From the IMG/VR virus record IMGVR_UViG_3300011466_000001, positions 1 through 42,448 of that record: DNA of 42,448 bases; one strand, written 5' to 3'. Numbering within the stretch: position 1 is the first letter of the stretch; each line of letters starts with the position of its first letter. Below, piece after piece: positions 16,056 through 24,403 of the stretch. The translations under genes and the position numbers were made by a program. The stretch is from a virus. Below the pieces are notes generated by a model, which was given only the letters and a program-made list of their open reading frames with translations, was not told where the DNA came from and did no database searches.

Positions 16056-16291
16056 GATTCATCCACCCTCTTCATATCTCGCAATTTAACTACTGTCCGA
16101 TCGCTGCCAAACGTCACAATAGCTGAGTTCTCAAGCACTTTGACACACACTGCTTTGAAAGGTTTTGTAAAACGTCCGGTCACGCACCAATACTCGATGC
16201 CTGCTTTTACACTACGTTGCTTTCTGACTACGCGTTGCGGTGGGCTATACTTGCCGTCTTGCACGCCTGTTACTGTGTCTGCTAGTTTCAT
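16052..16291 (-). CDS. Hypothetical early protein
   Basis: 79 aa starting at the ATG at 16291 (SD GGAGGAAG). ATGA overlap with the upstream gene. Confidence 0.45.
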   Translation of the reverse strand: MKLADTVTGVQDGKYSPPQRVVRKQRSVKAGIEYWCVTGRFTKPFKAVCVKVLENSAIVTFGSDRTVVKLRDMKRVDES

Positions 16292-16959
16292 TTGACTTCC
16301 TCCACTGGTACTGCGAATGCCCAATATCTTTCATCGATTGCTTTGATTTCTGATTCGGTAAATGTTGATCCGCTTGTAGTATTTTGAAATATCACTAAAT
16401 CTCCATTATCAGCTTTAGTTAGATATGCGCCCCATGATGTTCCGGGAAGTTCAATTTGATATAGTGGTTCTTTCTCCACCTCATACTCACCTGTTACAAA
16501 AGCTTGAATTGCAATGAGATATCTTCTGTCATTTTCTTTTCCGTCGTTGTCATAAAGCCATTTATCAACTTCATCATCCAATTCATCTGCACTATCATGC
16601 AACCATTCTTCGCTAAAAACGTCAGATGCACATTCACCTTTGTTTTCTTGAATATATTTATCTAAAAACTGCGGCACTGTAATTTTAGGCTGTTCGTCTA
16701 GCTGCTCAACAAATTCTCTAACTTTATTAATTTTTACGTATCGATCTTTTTCACCAGTGTTATGGTCGGTACACCACGCACCCCAAGCTTTTACACTATT
16801 AATCAATTCTTGTTTGTTCATCATTACTCCTCCGCTCCATTTCTTCACAAATCCATTTTTCGCGAAAATCAAATCGCCTTTGCACGCTCCGCACGATTTT
16901 TTTTGTGCTATTAACTCTTTATCCGATAGTTTGCGTATGCTTTCTTGTGTTGGCGTCAT
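16288..16959 (-). CDS. Hypothetical acidic early protein
   Basis: 223 aa starting at the ATG at 16959 (GAGAGGTGAG upstream). Confidence 0.5.
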   Translation of the reverse strand: MTPTQESIRKLSDKELIAQKKSCGACKGDLIFAKNGFVKKWSGGVMMNKQELINSVKAWGAWCTDHNTGEKDRYVKINKVREFVEQLDEQPKITVPQFLDKYIQENKGECASDVFSEEWLHDSADELDDEVDKWLYDNDGKENDRRYLIAIQAFVTGEYEVEKEPLYQIELPGTSWGAYLTKADNGDLVIFQNTTSGSTFTESEIKAIDERYWAFAVPVEEVK

Positions 16960-16970
16960 CAGCTCACCTC

Positions 16971-17417
16971 TCAAAATGGAAGGTCTTGACTATCAATATC
17001 AATGGACGAATTACTGAACGGGTCTGATTGCGTGCTGTTGCGGTTTTTTTGTGCGTTGGCATTATTACTCGTTTGGTTGTTTGAAACGCCACCACCATTG
17101 TTTTTGGCGTCTAAAAACTCAATTCCGCCATATTGATTCGCTACAACCTCGATAACCGTTCGTTTCTGTCCGTCATTCGTTTCATAACTTCTGCTAGTCA
17201 GCTTACCGTTGACAGCAATTTTTGATCCCTTGTTTGTGTAGTTGGCTAGTGATTCGGCTTGTTTCTCCCACACTACAATCGGAATGAAATATGATTTCTT
17301 GTTATCTCCCCAACCATCGTCTAAAGCCAGCGTATTCGTTGCCACCGCTTTGCCAGACTTCGTGTATTTCAATTCGTTATCTCTTACCAATCTGCCGATT
17401 AAATTTACTGTATTCAT
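16971..17417 (-). CDS. ssb: Single-stranded DNA-binding protein
   Basis: The OB-fold N-terminus MNTVNLIGRLVRDNELKYTKSGKAV, the G/N/Q-rich linker and the C-terminal DLPF tail are all canonical. Confidence 0.9.
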   Translation of the reverse strand: MNTVNLIGRLVRDNELKYTKSGKAVATNTLALDDGWGDNKKSYFIPIVVWEKQAESLANYTNKGSKIAVNGKLTSRSYETNDGQKRTVIEVVANQYGGIEFLDAKNNGGGVSNNQTSNNANAQKNRNSTQSDPFSNSSIDIDSQDLPF

Positions 17418-18232
17418 TTGGCTTCCTCCAATATTTCAAATATGTCCATCTGATGTTCTTTCTCATCCCCGATAGGCAGCATTTTGTTTATTGCCTCTTC
17501 GTAAAAAGGTCTGTAAATTTCAAATCCATACGAATGCCGCTCATTTTTTTTAGCTGCTAAAAGTGTAGACCCACTTCCTGCACACGGATCTATAACAACA
17601 TCTCCAGGATCTGTAAAAGTCTTTATTAATTTTTCGAGTAAATTTACTGGTTTTTGAGTCGGATGTATCTTAGGTATCTCTTTTAAACTATCTCTCTTCC
17701 ACTCAAACCAATTTAAAACCATTTTTTTGCCAGTTTCTTCTTGTTGCCACTCGTTGTTAAATTTCGGCAATTTGTCCCTGTAAAATACAATTGCATATTC
17801 AGTCGCTCCAACGATTCTCATATTTGCTTTCAACGCTTGCGAGCTTGTCTTCTTGATAAACAGCAAAGGATAACTTTTTTTAAATCCGTATCGCTTTGCA
17901 ACTTCAATCAGCGGAGCCATTTGCTCAAATGAGCAAAACATTATCATGGCTGGTGCTTTGCCTTTTTCTTTAGGTTCTGGTTTTAGCAACTTGCTACAAA
18001 AGTGCATATATTCAACTAAATTGAAGTTTTTATCACTTGGAAAAAACTGCTTTCCTGCTTTCTTAGATTCTCCTTTTTTGTTGTCTCCACCAACATACCA
18101 ACTAGGGTTGCTTGCAAATGCGTTATTCCCTAAGTTGTAAGGTATATCAGCAATTACTAATTGTGCTTTCGGGATATTATATTTTTTCCTGTTTTGGAAA
18201 TTATCGTTATACAACTCACACTTTATCTTCAC
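17414..18232 (-). CDS. DNA methyltransferase (N6/N4, beta class), orphan
   Basis: The N-terminal DIPY motif (a DPPY variant) and the C-terminal AdoMet motif VIDPCAGSGSTLLAA are in beta-class order. No endonuclease gene is adjacent. Confidence 0.8.
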   Translation of the reverse strand: MKIKCELYNDNFQNRKKYNIPKAQLVIADIPYNLGNNAFASNPSWYVGGDNKKGESKKAGKQFFPSDKNFNLVEYMHFCSKLLKPEPKEKGKAPAMIMFCSFEQMAPLIEVAKRYGFKKSYPLLFIKKTSSQALKANMRIVGATEYAIVFYRDKLPKFNNEWQQEETGKKMVLNWFEWKRDSLKEIPKIHPTQKPVNLLEKLIKTFTDPGDVVIDPCAGSGSTLLAAKKNERHSYGFEIYRPFYEEAINKMLPIGDEKEHQMDIFEILEEAK

Positions 18233-18630
18233 TACGCTTCCTCCAATTCAATTTCAATTCTTGGGCAATCCTTATCCACTTCAAACCGATGCTCAAAGTT
18301 GGCAATCTCGCCCCATCCATCATTTGCGATCACTCTCGCTTCAATCATTCCGTCCAAGATAAACTTGATCCCGAATGCCACGTTGTCTTTATCCTTGCGC
18401 TTGTTTTTGCAGTACCAAGTGATTTTCAAGTTGATCGGCGTTGTCACTCTCAGCCCTGCCGCTTTCGCCATCAAGAATGCATAGCAACATTTTTCCGTGT
18501 TCTCCTTTTTCAACTTGGCTCCTGCATATCGGTTTGTCCGTTGGCTATTGATGAATTTGTTCAGGTCTGTTAGCTCTCCTGGTATCGTGATAATCAGAAC
18601 ATTCCCCTCGCTTTCAAGTATCGTTTGCAA
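18232..18630 (-). CDS. RusA-like Holliday junction resolvase (tentative)
   Basis: 132 aa. LNKFINSQRTNRYAGAKLKKE and KDKDNVAFGIKFILDGMIEA resemble Firmicute phage RusA-family proteins. TTG start, with a 37-nt overlap on the upstream gene, so the start is uncertain. Confidence 0.5.
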   Translation of the reverse strand: MQTILESEGNVLIITIPGELTDLNKFINSQRTNRYAGAKLKKENTEKCCYAFLMAKAAGLRVTTPINLKITWYCKNKRKDKDNVAFGIKFILDGMIEARVIANDGWGEIANFEHRFEVDKDCPRIEIELEEA

Positions 18631-19007
18631 TGCTCTGGGTCCAAAGGTTTGTATTCAACCAGAATTGGCGCCAAATCATATTCGATCATCGTTTTCTTAT
18701 ACGCTTCGTTTGCGCTCATCCATCCTGCCAGATTATGAATGTTTTTCTTAAATTCGCACTGAGATAACGCAACTTGGATATAGGCTTTTCTATGAGCTTC
18801 CCAACATCTAAGCTCCTTTTCCAAATCTATTCCTATGGCTTCGTAATACCGCCTTTCTAAGTCGGTTAAGTTGATTAAATTCGTTATCGTCTGTTGCGAA
18901 CGCCGTACACATTCAAGATATTTTTCCGAAATACAACTTGGCACCATTTCATGCTCTTTCAAATATTCTTGAAATTCTTTGCCTGTGCTAACGTCTTTAT
19001 AGCGCAT
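18594..19007 (-). CDS. Hypothetical protein
   Basis: 137-aa ORF. Confidence 0.45.
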   Translation of the reverse strand: MRYKDVSTGKEFQEYLKEHEMVPSCISEKYLECVRRSQQTITNLINLTDLERRYYEAIGIDLEKELRCWEAHRKAYIQVALSQCEFKKNIHNLAGWMSANEAYKKTMIEYDLAPILVEYKPLDPEHCKRYLKARGMF

Positions 19008-19197
19008 TTCGCTTGTCCAAGTGGTCTAAAGTTATGACCGCTATATCCTTTTCTGTTAGTTTTAGCGTCTTGGCTACCACTGTGGGCATAACTCCCTTAT
19101 CTAGCAACGCAACGGCTCTGGCTACCGTATGTTTAGGGAAATCAAATCTCCATCCGTCAAGACAAATCACATGTTCTTGTATTAATGCTCCAGTCAT
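18997..19197 (-). CDS. Hypothetical small protein
   Basis: 66-aa ORF with an ATGA overlap with the loader gene. Confidence 0.4.
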   Translation of the reverse strand: MTGALIQEHVICLDGWRFDFPKHTVARAVALLDKGVMPTVVAKTLKLTEKDIAVITLDHLDKRNAL

Positions 19198-20036
19198 TGA
19201 TCTACACCTCTTATTCGTTTGTCAGTGGTTCTAGTAAATTGAATGTTATGCCGCTTTGAATTTTTTGATATTCTTGACAATATTCGCTCTCCGTAAGCTT
19301 TTTTGATTTCATCCGATGTTAAATTTGTGTTTACCATTAATGCTTTATTTTGCCTTGCTTCTAAAATTGAGTACAAGATGTCGTTGTTAAAGCTGGTGCT
19401 ATCTTTTATGTTGTTACCACCAAGCTCTGCGCCCAAATCATCAATAACCACGAAGTCTACTGTTTTGATATCTTGTAAAAGGGCTATTTGATTTTTCGAC
19501 TCAGATTGATCGTTAAAAGAAGCCTTGCGCCTTTCCAACAACTCTCTGTAATTGACAAACAATACTTTCTTTGAGTATTGGCTTTCTTGCAGTATCGCCC
19601 AACAAACCGCCATGCATAGATGACTTTTACCAACTCCAGATTTTCCAGATAAAATCATATGCGTAGGGTTTCCATTCAAAACCTCTTTGATAAAGTCCAC
19701 TGCATAAGTCATAGCCACCGCAGTTTCTTCTTCTTTGGTCTGGTAGTTATCTAAAGACTTGTCAAACAAGTCATAATCAGTAATCACGGATCTATACTTG
19801 AATAAATCATGATTCTTCTTTTTCAGACTGGTTTCGTATCGCTTGTTTGTATCTGCATCTACTTTCAGTTTTAAGGCATAATATCCACACACCATGCAAG
19901 TAGGTGCGCATCTATCTGAACCGTCTTTATTTTTCGTTTTCCAACCGTACAGAGCGCCGTTACACTCAGGACAAACTCCTCTGACTTCTAGCGTTTGCTC
20001 TATAAGTCTTGAAATACCTACTGCTACGCTTTCCAA
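19194..20036 (-). CDS. DnaC/DnaI-like helicase loader ATPase
   Basis: N-terminal Zn finger CPECNG..CMVCGY. Walker A GKSGVGKSHL and Walker B FVVIDDLG. Confidence 0.75.
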   Translation of the reverse strand: MESVAVGISRLIEQTLEVRGVCPECNGALYGWKTKNKDGSDRCAPTCMVCGYYALKLKVDADTNKRYETSLKKKNHDLFKYRSVITDYDLFDKSLDNYQTKEEETAVAMTYAVDFIKEVLNGNPTHMILSGKSGVGKSHLCMAVCWAILQESQYSKKVLFVNYRELLERRKASFNDQSESKNQIALLQDIKTVDFVVIDDLGAELGGNNIKDSTSFNNDILYSILEARQNKALMVNTNLTSDEIKKAYGERILSRISKNSKRHNIQFTRTTDKRIRGVDQ

Positions 20037-20040
20037 TAAA

Positions 20041-20811
20041 TCACCATCCTAAATCGTCATATTCGCTAGATCCTGTATTTTCAAGCTTGCCGACAGATTT
20101 GTTTTTAAACCTAACCTCATTTGCTTCGACATCTTTTAGGGTATTGATATTGTTTTTGGACCAATTACGCATAATACCCACAGCATACGAATAAGGTTTA
20201 TTGTCAATCGCTGCTTTTTTCATAGCAGCAGCAACCATTTCAACGCCAATGTCTTCAACCCACATAGATATATCTTCTGAGTTAAGCGGATTTAAGACCC
20301 CGAAGCATTCTTGATAGATATCAAAAGGATTAATACTAGCTTCTTGTTCTAGTTCTAACTCTTTCTCTAACTCTTTCTCTAACTCTTTCTCTAGGCGACA
20401 TTTTCCAGACAATTTCTGGACATTGTCCTCCTTTGCTCTTTGAAGCCTTTTTTGAATAGCATATTCAGTTTCTGAGCCAACTAATTCGTTAAGTTGACTA
20501 AGATAAATTTCTCCGCCGTCCATAATTTGTATCAGTCCAATTTTGTGGAACAGATCCATTGCAACTTTTACGGTGTCGGCGCTAGAATTTGTTAACTTGG
20601 CCAATGACTCTGGATCATAAGGGATCATCATATTGCCAACGTTTCTGACAAGCATTCCCTCAGTCTTCAATGATTTAAGGCAAAGTTTTAAATAAAACAG
20701 GCAGTACTCTTTGCCGTTCGGTTGTTCTTCTAGCCACTCGATGGTGTCTTCTTCAAAAAAATTCTCTTTAAGTTTGAGCCAGTAATATCGTTTTTTTTGC
20801 TTATCAGACAC
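20041..20811 (-). CDS. Phage replisome organizer / DnaD-domain replication initiator
   Basis: The N-terminus KKRYYWLKLKENFFEEDTIEWLE is typical of Phage_rep_org_N. The C-terminal region is DnaD-like. It contains an internal (ELEK)n repeat. Confidence 0.75.
   Translation of the reverse strand: MSDKQKKRYYWLKLKENFFEEDTIEWLEEQPNGKEYCLFYLKLCLKSLKTEGMLVRNVGNMMIPYDPESLAKLTNSSADTVKVAMDLFHKIGLIQIMDGGEIYLSQLNELVGSETEYAIQKRLQRAKEDNVQKLSGKCRLEKELEKELEKELELEQEASINPFDIYQECFGVLNPLNSEDISMWVEDIGVEMVAAAMKKAAIDNKPYSYAVGIMRNWSKNNINTLKDVEANEVRFKNKSVGKLENTGSSEYDDLGW
20357..20392. repeat. Three perfect tandem 12-bp repeats (aactctttctct)
   Basis: Read directly from the sequence. They lie inside the replisome organizer gene and encode ELEKELEKELE. 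Confidence 0.8.
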
Positions 20812-20812
20812 T

Positions 20813-21541
20813 TTATCCCTCCTCTATCGCTTTCTTGAACAGCTCTTCTGTTTCGTATTTTTCATCAAAGCGCATTATTTGAGCGTTACTCATAATGCCA
20901 ATCTTGATCAAAGCTTCTTTATCTAAATAAACAGGTTTGATTTGATATCTCTTTAGAAATTCCTCTTGCCCAAGTTGGTGAGCAATATTGTGTGTTTTCC
21001 AATCCAAAGCCACGAATGGAAATAGCCGATGGTCAACGTTATTTCTATGACGATTTCCAACCGCCGTGACATGATGTATTTGCGCTCCTGGTCTACCAGA
21101 AACTGCGCATTTTCGGTACTTGCAGCAATAGTAGAAAAAGCTATCATGTTCTAGTAGATATGAGTATCTTTGATTGAGTTGGACCCCTTCTCGAATGACA
21201 AATTGAATAAGTTTAGCTATCCAGATGTTGCCCTCATTCTTACTTGCTAAAGCATGAGAGAATGGTTCATCTTCCGTATACTCGTATTCGTACTTGAGCA
21301 TCGATTCTACGTGTCCTGGATCATCAACATACCAATTAGCTATGTCTCGAATTAAAGCGTGAGAAAGAGCATTCTGTTTCGTTGAAAGTGGTTCATTGTC
21401 TATTAGTTTTACTTTGACCAGATTTTCTTTCTCTCGAGCCATCGTTTTTAGGTATTCGGCATTTATTTCCTCTTCAAATTCGATAGTCAATCTTTTCCCT
21501 TGATTATCGATTACTTTACCTAAATGAAACATTTGCATCAC
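20813..21541 (-). CDS. DUF968-like HNH-type protein (recombination module)
   Basis: The C-terminal block C..SGRPGAQIHHVTAVGNRHRNNVDHRLFPFVALDWKTHNIAHQLG resembles the DUF968 Cys/His pattern. Confidence 0.5.
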   Translation of the reverse strand: MMQMFHLGKVIDNQGKRLTIEFEEEINAEYLKTMAREKENLVKVKLIDNEPLSTKQNALSHALIRDIANWYVDDPGHVESMLKYEYEYTEDEPFSHALASKNEGNIWIAKLIQFVIREGVQLNQRYSYLLEHDSFFYYCCKYRKCAVSGRPGAQIHHVTAVGNRHRNNVDHRLFPFVALDWKTHNIAHQLGQEEFLKRYQIKPVYLDKEALIKIGIMSNAQIMRFDEKYETEELFKKAIEEG

Positions 21542-22233
21542 TTCTCTTTGTTTTCTTGAGCAGCTTTCATTTGATCAATACCGTTTTGCGTATACTCTTT
21601 TAGCAACTCATAAAATGATTCGTTTATATCCTCAAATTTTCCAGAATAATTAAAGTGTGCCAAAGCTTGATTCTCAAATGTCTTTGGCGATCGTTTCAGC
21701 AAGCTTGATGCTTCTTCAAACAACGATTTCAGTTCTTCTAACTGCTCTTTACTGGCTGATGGGGATTCAGGCAAATCTTCACCAGCGTAGATATACAATC
21801 CTAATCCAAACATTGCCAAGTTCTTTACTAGGCAACGCATTATCGTTTTGTTAATGTCAAACATGGTAGCTGCATCAACTCTTAACCCTTTGGCTTTCTT
21901 TGTGTCATAGGTATATGGACTAGCTTTCATCGCTTTATTAGCTCCGTCCATCACTGGCAACCACATTTCGTGTGAAAGACCTTCGATTGTGACCTTCGTA
22001 AAAACCATATAGCCAGTGTTGGGATCAAAAACATAAGGAAGGCTATTATCGAATTTTTCTATTTCGTATTCAGCTGTTGGAAATTTCTTTTTCACTTCGG
22101 ACCATGCCCATGCCCAAGAAAGATAGCTGAGTTGTACGCTTCCTGTTTTCTTCTTTTCAACGTGGTTATTGACATCTAAGGTAAACAAGAAGTTAAATAT
22201 CTCATTTTGCTTTTCAGTAAATTCTTTAGCCAT
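21538..22233 (-). CDS. Rad52-like single-strand annealing protein (Sak/DUF1071-like)
   Basis: The LSYLSWAWAWSEVKKKFPTAEYE and MWLPVMDGANKAMK motifs are present. Start at the ATG at 22233 (GGGAAGGA upstream). Confidence 0.6.
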   Translation of the reverse strand: MAKEFTEKQNEIFNFLFTLDVNNHVEKKKTGSVQLSYLSWAWAWSEVKKKFPTAEYEIEKFDNSLPYVFDPNTGYMVFTKVTIEGLSHEMWLPVMDGANKAMKASPYTYDTKKAKGLRVDAATMFDINKTIMRCLVKNLAMFGLGLYIYAGEDLPESPSASKEQLEELKSLFEEASSLLKRSPKTFENQALAHFNYSGKFEDINESFYELLKEYTQNGIDQMKAAQENKEK

Positions 22234-22568
22234 TAAATCAAATCCTTCCCTAAAACTGGTTCGGCGCTCCAAACCAAATCTTTGTCTTTTTCGTCAAATA
22301 TGAATTCACAGATGTCTTCGGCATGGACAAGATATTGTTTTGTTTTTTCGTAAACCTCATCCAATGAAAAGATGATTGTGCCTGGATTGGGCTTCACAAA
22401 AACGATAAACAATTCATCGTCAGCGTTGACTACACGAGGTTTGTAGCTTGTCATGATTCGTTCTTCCTTGTATTCATCAAAACCCTTAAACTGGTGCGTA
22501 TTTGGGAACACATGGCTACTTTCGTCTTGAATCAGGTTGTCGTAATTTGTTGCGATATAATCTGACAT
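22233..22568 (-). CDS. Hypothetical early protein
   Basis: 111 aa starting at the ATG at 22568 (SD GAGAGGAGTGGG). Confidence 0.45.
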   Translation of the reverse strand: MSDYIATNYDNLIQDESSHVFPNTHQFKGFDEYKEERIMTSYKPRVVNADDELFIVFVKPNPGTIIFSLDEVYEKTKQYLVHAEDICEFIFDEKDKDLVWSAEPVLGKDLI

Positions 22569-22617
22569 CTTCCCACTCCTCTCGATTTGTGGTAAACTTA
22601 GGTAAATATTTTTTCGT

Positions 22618-22652
22618 AAGACTCTATGCTTGCCGGCCGGAGTCTTTTTTTG
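22618..22652 (+). terminator. Plus-strand intrinsic terminator inside the minus-strand early region
   Basis: AAGACUC - 15-nt loop (contains CCGGCCGG) - GAGUCUU followed by UUUUUUG on the plus strand. There is no U-tract on the minus strand. Confidence 0.45.
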
Positions 22653-22733
22653 TGTCCATTTTTGCTTGTGCTTCGTAATACATTTCTTTCCAATCAAGCG
22701 TTCGATAGTATAGGTCAAGTACTTCCGCTCTAG

Positions 22734-22916
22734 TCATTTCTTCACCGTCCTTGACCGTAATTCAAATACTGCTTCGTCATAGATCATTAGCAGTAACATT
22801 GCGACACAAGGGAATCCGATGACTAGCCATGTTGGTGGTTCTGATGAAAGCAAGGCTCCCAAAGCGAAGATCACAAGAATAAATGTTGTGCGTCTGATCC
22901 AGTAGATTTTCTTCAT
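22734..22916 (-). CDS. Small two-TM membrane protein
   Basis: 60 aa with two hydrophobic segments. Confidence 0.45.
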   Translation of the reverse strand: MKKIYWIRRTTFILVIFALGALLSSEPPTWLVIGFPCVAMLLLMIYDEAVFELRSRTVKK

Positions 22917-23035
22917 GCTGACTCCTCCTTGAAGTATCGATCAATCAAAGCAAGCGCTTCTTCTCTTGTCGAGACGGTATGCTGCATTGTCGATCCGCTA
23001 TCTTCCTCAACTGATATAGTGATTCTTTTAATCAT
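22913..23035 (-). CDS. Candidate 40-aa protein
   Basis: MIKRITISVEEDSGSTMQHTVSTREEALALIDRYFKEESA. ATGA overlaps at both ends. Confidence 0.35.
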   Translation of the reverse strand: MIKRITISVEEDSGSTMQHTVSTREEALALIDRYFKEESA

Positions 23036-23463
23036 TTCCCTAACTCCCCTACTTTTTGATCCGTATACTGCCGTAACTCGCTCACACGCTGTTCTAACTG
23101 CTCCTTGTCGTTTTGCACCGTGTTTAGTTGTTGGCGCAAGCTGTCGGCTTCCTGTTGCTTTATAGCGATCTCCTGTTGCTTTTGTTCGATCTCACGTTGC
23201 TTGGCCTCAATTTCCTTCTGCTTGTCCGATTTGATTTGCTCGATTTCGGCTTTCAGCTGCTCCTGTGTGCGAGTGTTGTTGGATAGCTGTGATTCGAGTT
23301 CTGACACACGCTGCGATTTTGTTTGTCCGTATTGTAGGACAGTGTTGAAATTTGCCTTGATCGTGTCCAAGTCCTGAAATGCGTTGCTTGCTGCGTAGCC
23401 GATCACGCCGCTACCTAGTGCTAGTCCGATGATTGCTGTTGTTTTTGCTAGTTTGTTTTTCAA
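23032..23463 (-). CDS. Membrane-anchored coiled-coil protein
   Basis: N-terminal TM segment (TTAIIGLALGSGVIGYAAS) followed by a Q/E/K-rich coiled coil. The TTG at 23463 has SD AAAGGAGA. An alternative TTG lies at 23559. Confidence 0.5.
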   Translation of the reverse strand: MKNKLAKTTAIIGLALGSGVIGYAASNAFQDLDTIKANFNTVLQYGQTKSQRVSELESQLSNNTRTQEQLKAEIEQIKSDKQKEIEAKQREIEQKQQEIAIKQQEADSLRQQLNTVQNDKEQLEQRVSELRQYTDQKVGELGK

Positions 23464-23518
23464 TGTTGTTTCTCCTTTGGTATAATTGTTTAAAAACTGG
23501 TGGTGTATTGATGGATAA

Positions 23519-23674
23519 TTATTTTTGATTCCTTTCCTTAATTTTTTCTTTTGTAACAACCAAATCTCCGTTTTTCAATCCGTTCATTATCTTGTATATT
23601 TCTAGCAAGTTTTTGATGTAATCATCATCAACTGTTATAGCTTGATGAATAAAATCCATAATTTTTTCATTCAT
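23519..23674 (-). CDS. Hypothetical small protein
   Basis: 51 aa starting at the ATG at 23674 (AGAAAGGA upstream). Confidence 0.4.
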   Translation of the reverse strand: MNEKIMDFIHQAITVDDDYIKNLLEIYKIMNGLKNGDLVVTKEKIKERNQK

Positions 23675-23704
23675 AGCAACTATCCTTTCTGATTGAGGTG
23701 TAAA

Positions 23705-24079
23705 ATGAGCAACTATAAAAAGACTAAAGACGACTTTTCTAAAGAATTTCAAATGAATGTTCAAATGCTCCAATTAAGCTCTGATACTAATTACCCGGAC
23801 TTATATTCTGAAAAATTACCACTAGTTATACCTCCCTACGAATCAAGAGGTGGTTTCATTGCATTCCATGTAAACGAATTTGATTATCTACCTCTGCAAG
23901 CTAGTTCGTTTAGTTTAGAAATAAATACTTCGAGATCCAAATGGTCGACTGAAATGCAAATTTATTCTGATAATATGAGTGACTTCACGTATACAGGAAA
24001 CGGAGTTATCGGTGATGCGGTCATACAATCAACCAAGCTGCAAAGACTATTATTCCGGTTAAGAAAACGATTGAAATAA
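23705..24079 (+). CDS. Orphan plus-strand protein (moron-like), unknown function
   Basis: 124 aa. SD GAGGTG lies before the ATG at 23705. It is opposite in orientation to its neighbours. A CCCC/GGGG hairpin plus T-run lies at about 24188..24215. Confidence 0.5.
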   Translation: MSNYKKTKDDFSKEFQMNVQMLQLSSDTNYPDLYSEKLPLVIPPYESRGGFIAFHVNEFDYLPLQASSFSLEINTSRSKWSTEMQIYSDNMSDFTYTGNGVIGDAVIQSTKLQRLLFRLRKRLK

Positions 24080-24182
24080 AATATATAATTATTTCTACCC
24101 ACTTCCAGCCAGACAAAGTTCTGAGAAAATATGTCCAAAATAAAAACAATAATCCTAAAATCAAGTATCCCAATAATTTCAC
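24021..24182 (-). CDS. Candidate 53-aa two-TM peptide
   Basis: GTG start preceded by GGAAGGAGGGG. It is very hydrophobic. It overlaps the convergent plus-strand gene by 59 nt, so it is uncertain. Confidence 0.25.
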   Translation of the reverse strand: MKLLGYLILGLLFLFWTYFLRTLSGWKWVEIIIYFISIVFLTGIIVFAAWLIV

Positions 24183-24214
24183 CCTAGCCCCTCCTTCCGT
24201 GTGGGGTTATTTTT

Positions 24215-24403
24215 TTATCCAATACTCCAGTTGTGATCAGTTACTTCATCAATTCCCAATAAATCTGCAATAGCATAGATGTGCTCTTTCATAAGCTCTT
24301 GAAAGTCCTCGTAAGTTGCTGGTTTTCCATCTACTTGTAAATTCGATGATTCGGCAAACTCAGCCGCACTTTTTAACGCATCTTTGACGTTCTCAAATTC
24401 CAT
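24215..24403 (-). CDS. Hypothetical acidic small protein
   Basis: 62-aa ORF, start-stop coupled to the upstream gene. Confidence 0.45.
   Translation of the reverse strand: MEFENVKDALKSAAEFAESSNLQVDGKPATYEDFQELMKEHIYAIADLLGIDEVTDHNWSIG

Noticed and set aside
20357-20392. Possible CRISPR-like or minisatellite array (also the repeats at ~34140..35000 and ~38880..39150)
   Set aside because: The repeats are contiguous with no spacers, are in frame, and translate into repetitive protein segments. No cas genes are present.
22569-22718. N-terminal extensions of listed ORFs (22233..22718, 6111..6422, 2279..2659, 23519..23773, 25387..25677, 28229..28576, 27105..27374, 31759..32052 and others)
   Set aside because: The internal ATG/TTG starts have good SD sequences at correct spacing and remove overlaps with upstream genes. 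The extensions start at non-ATG codons without an SD and translate to atypical sequence.
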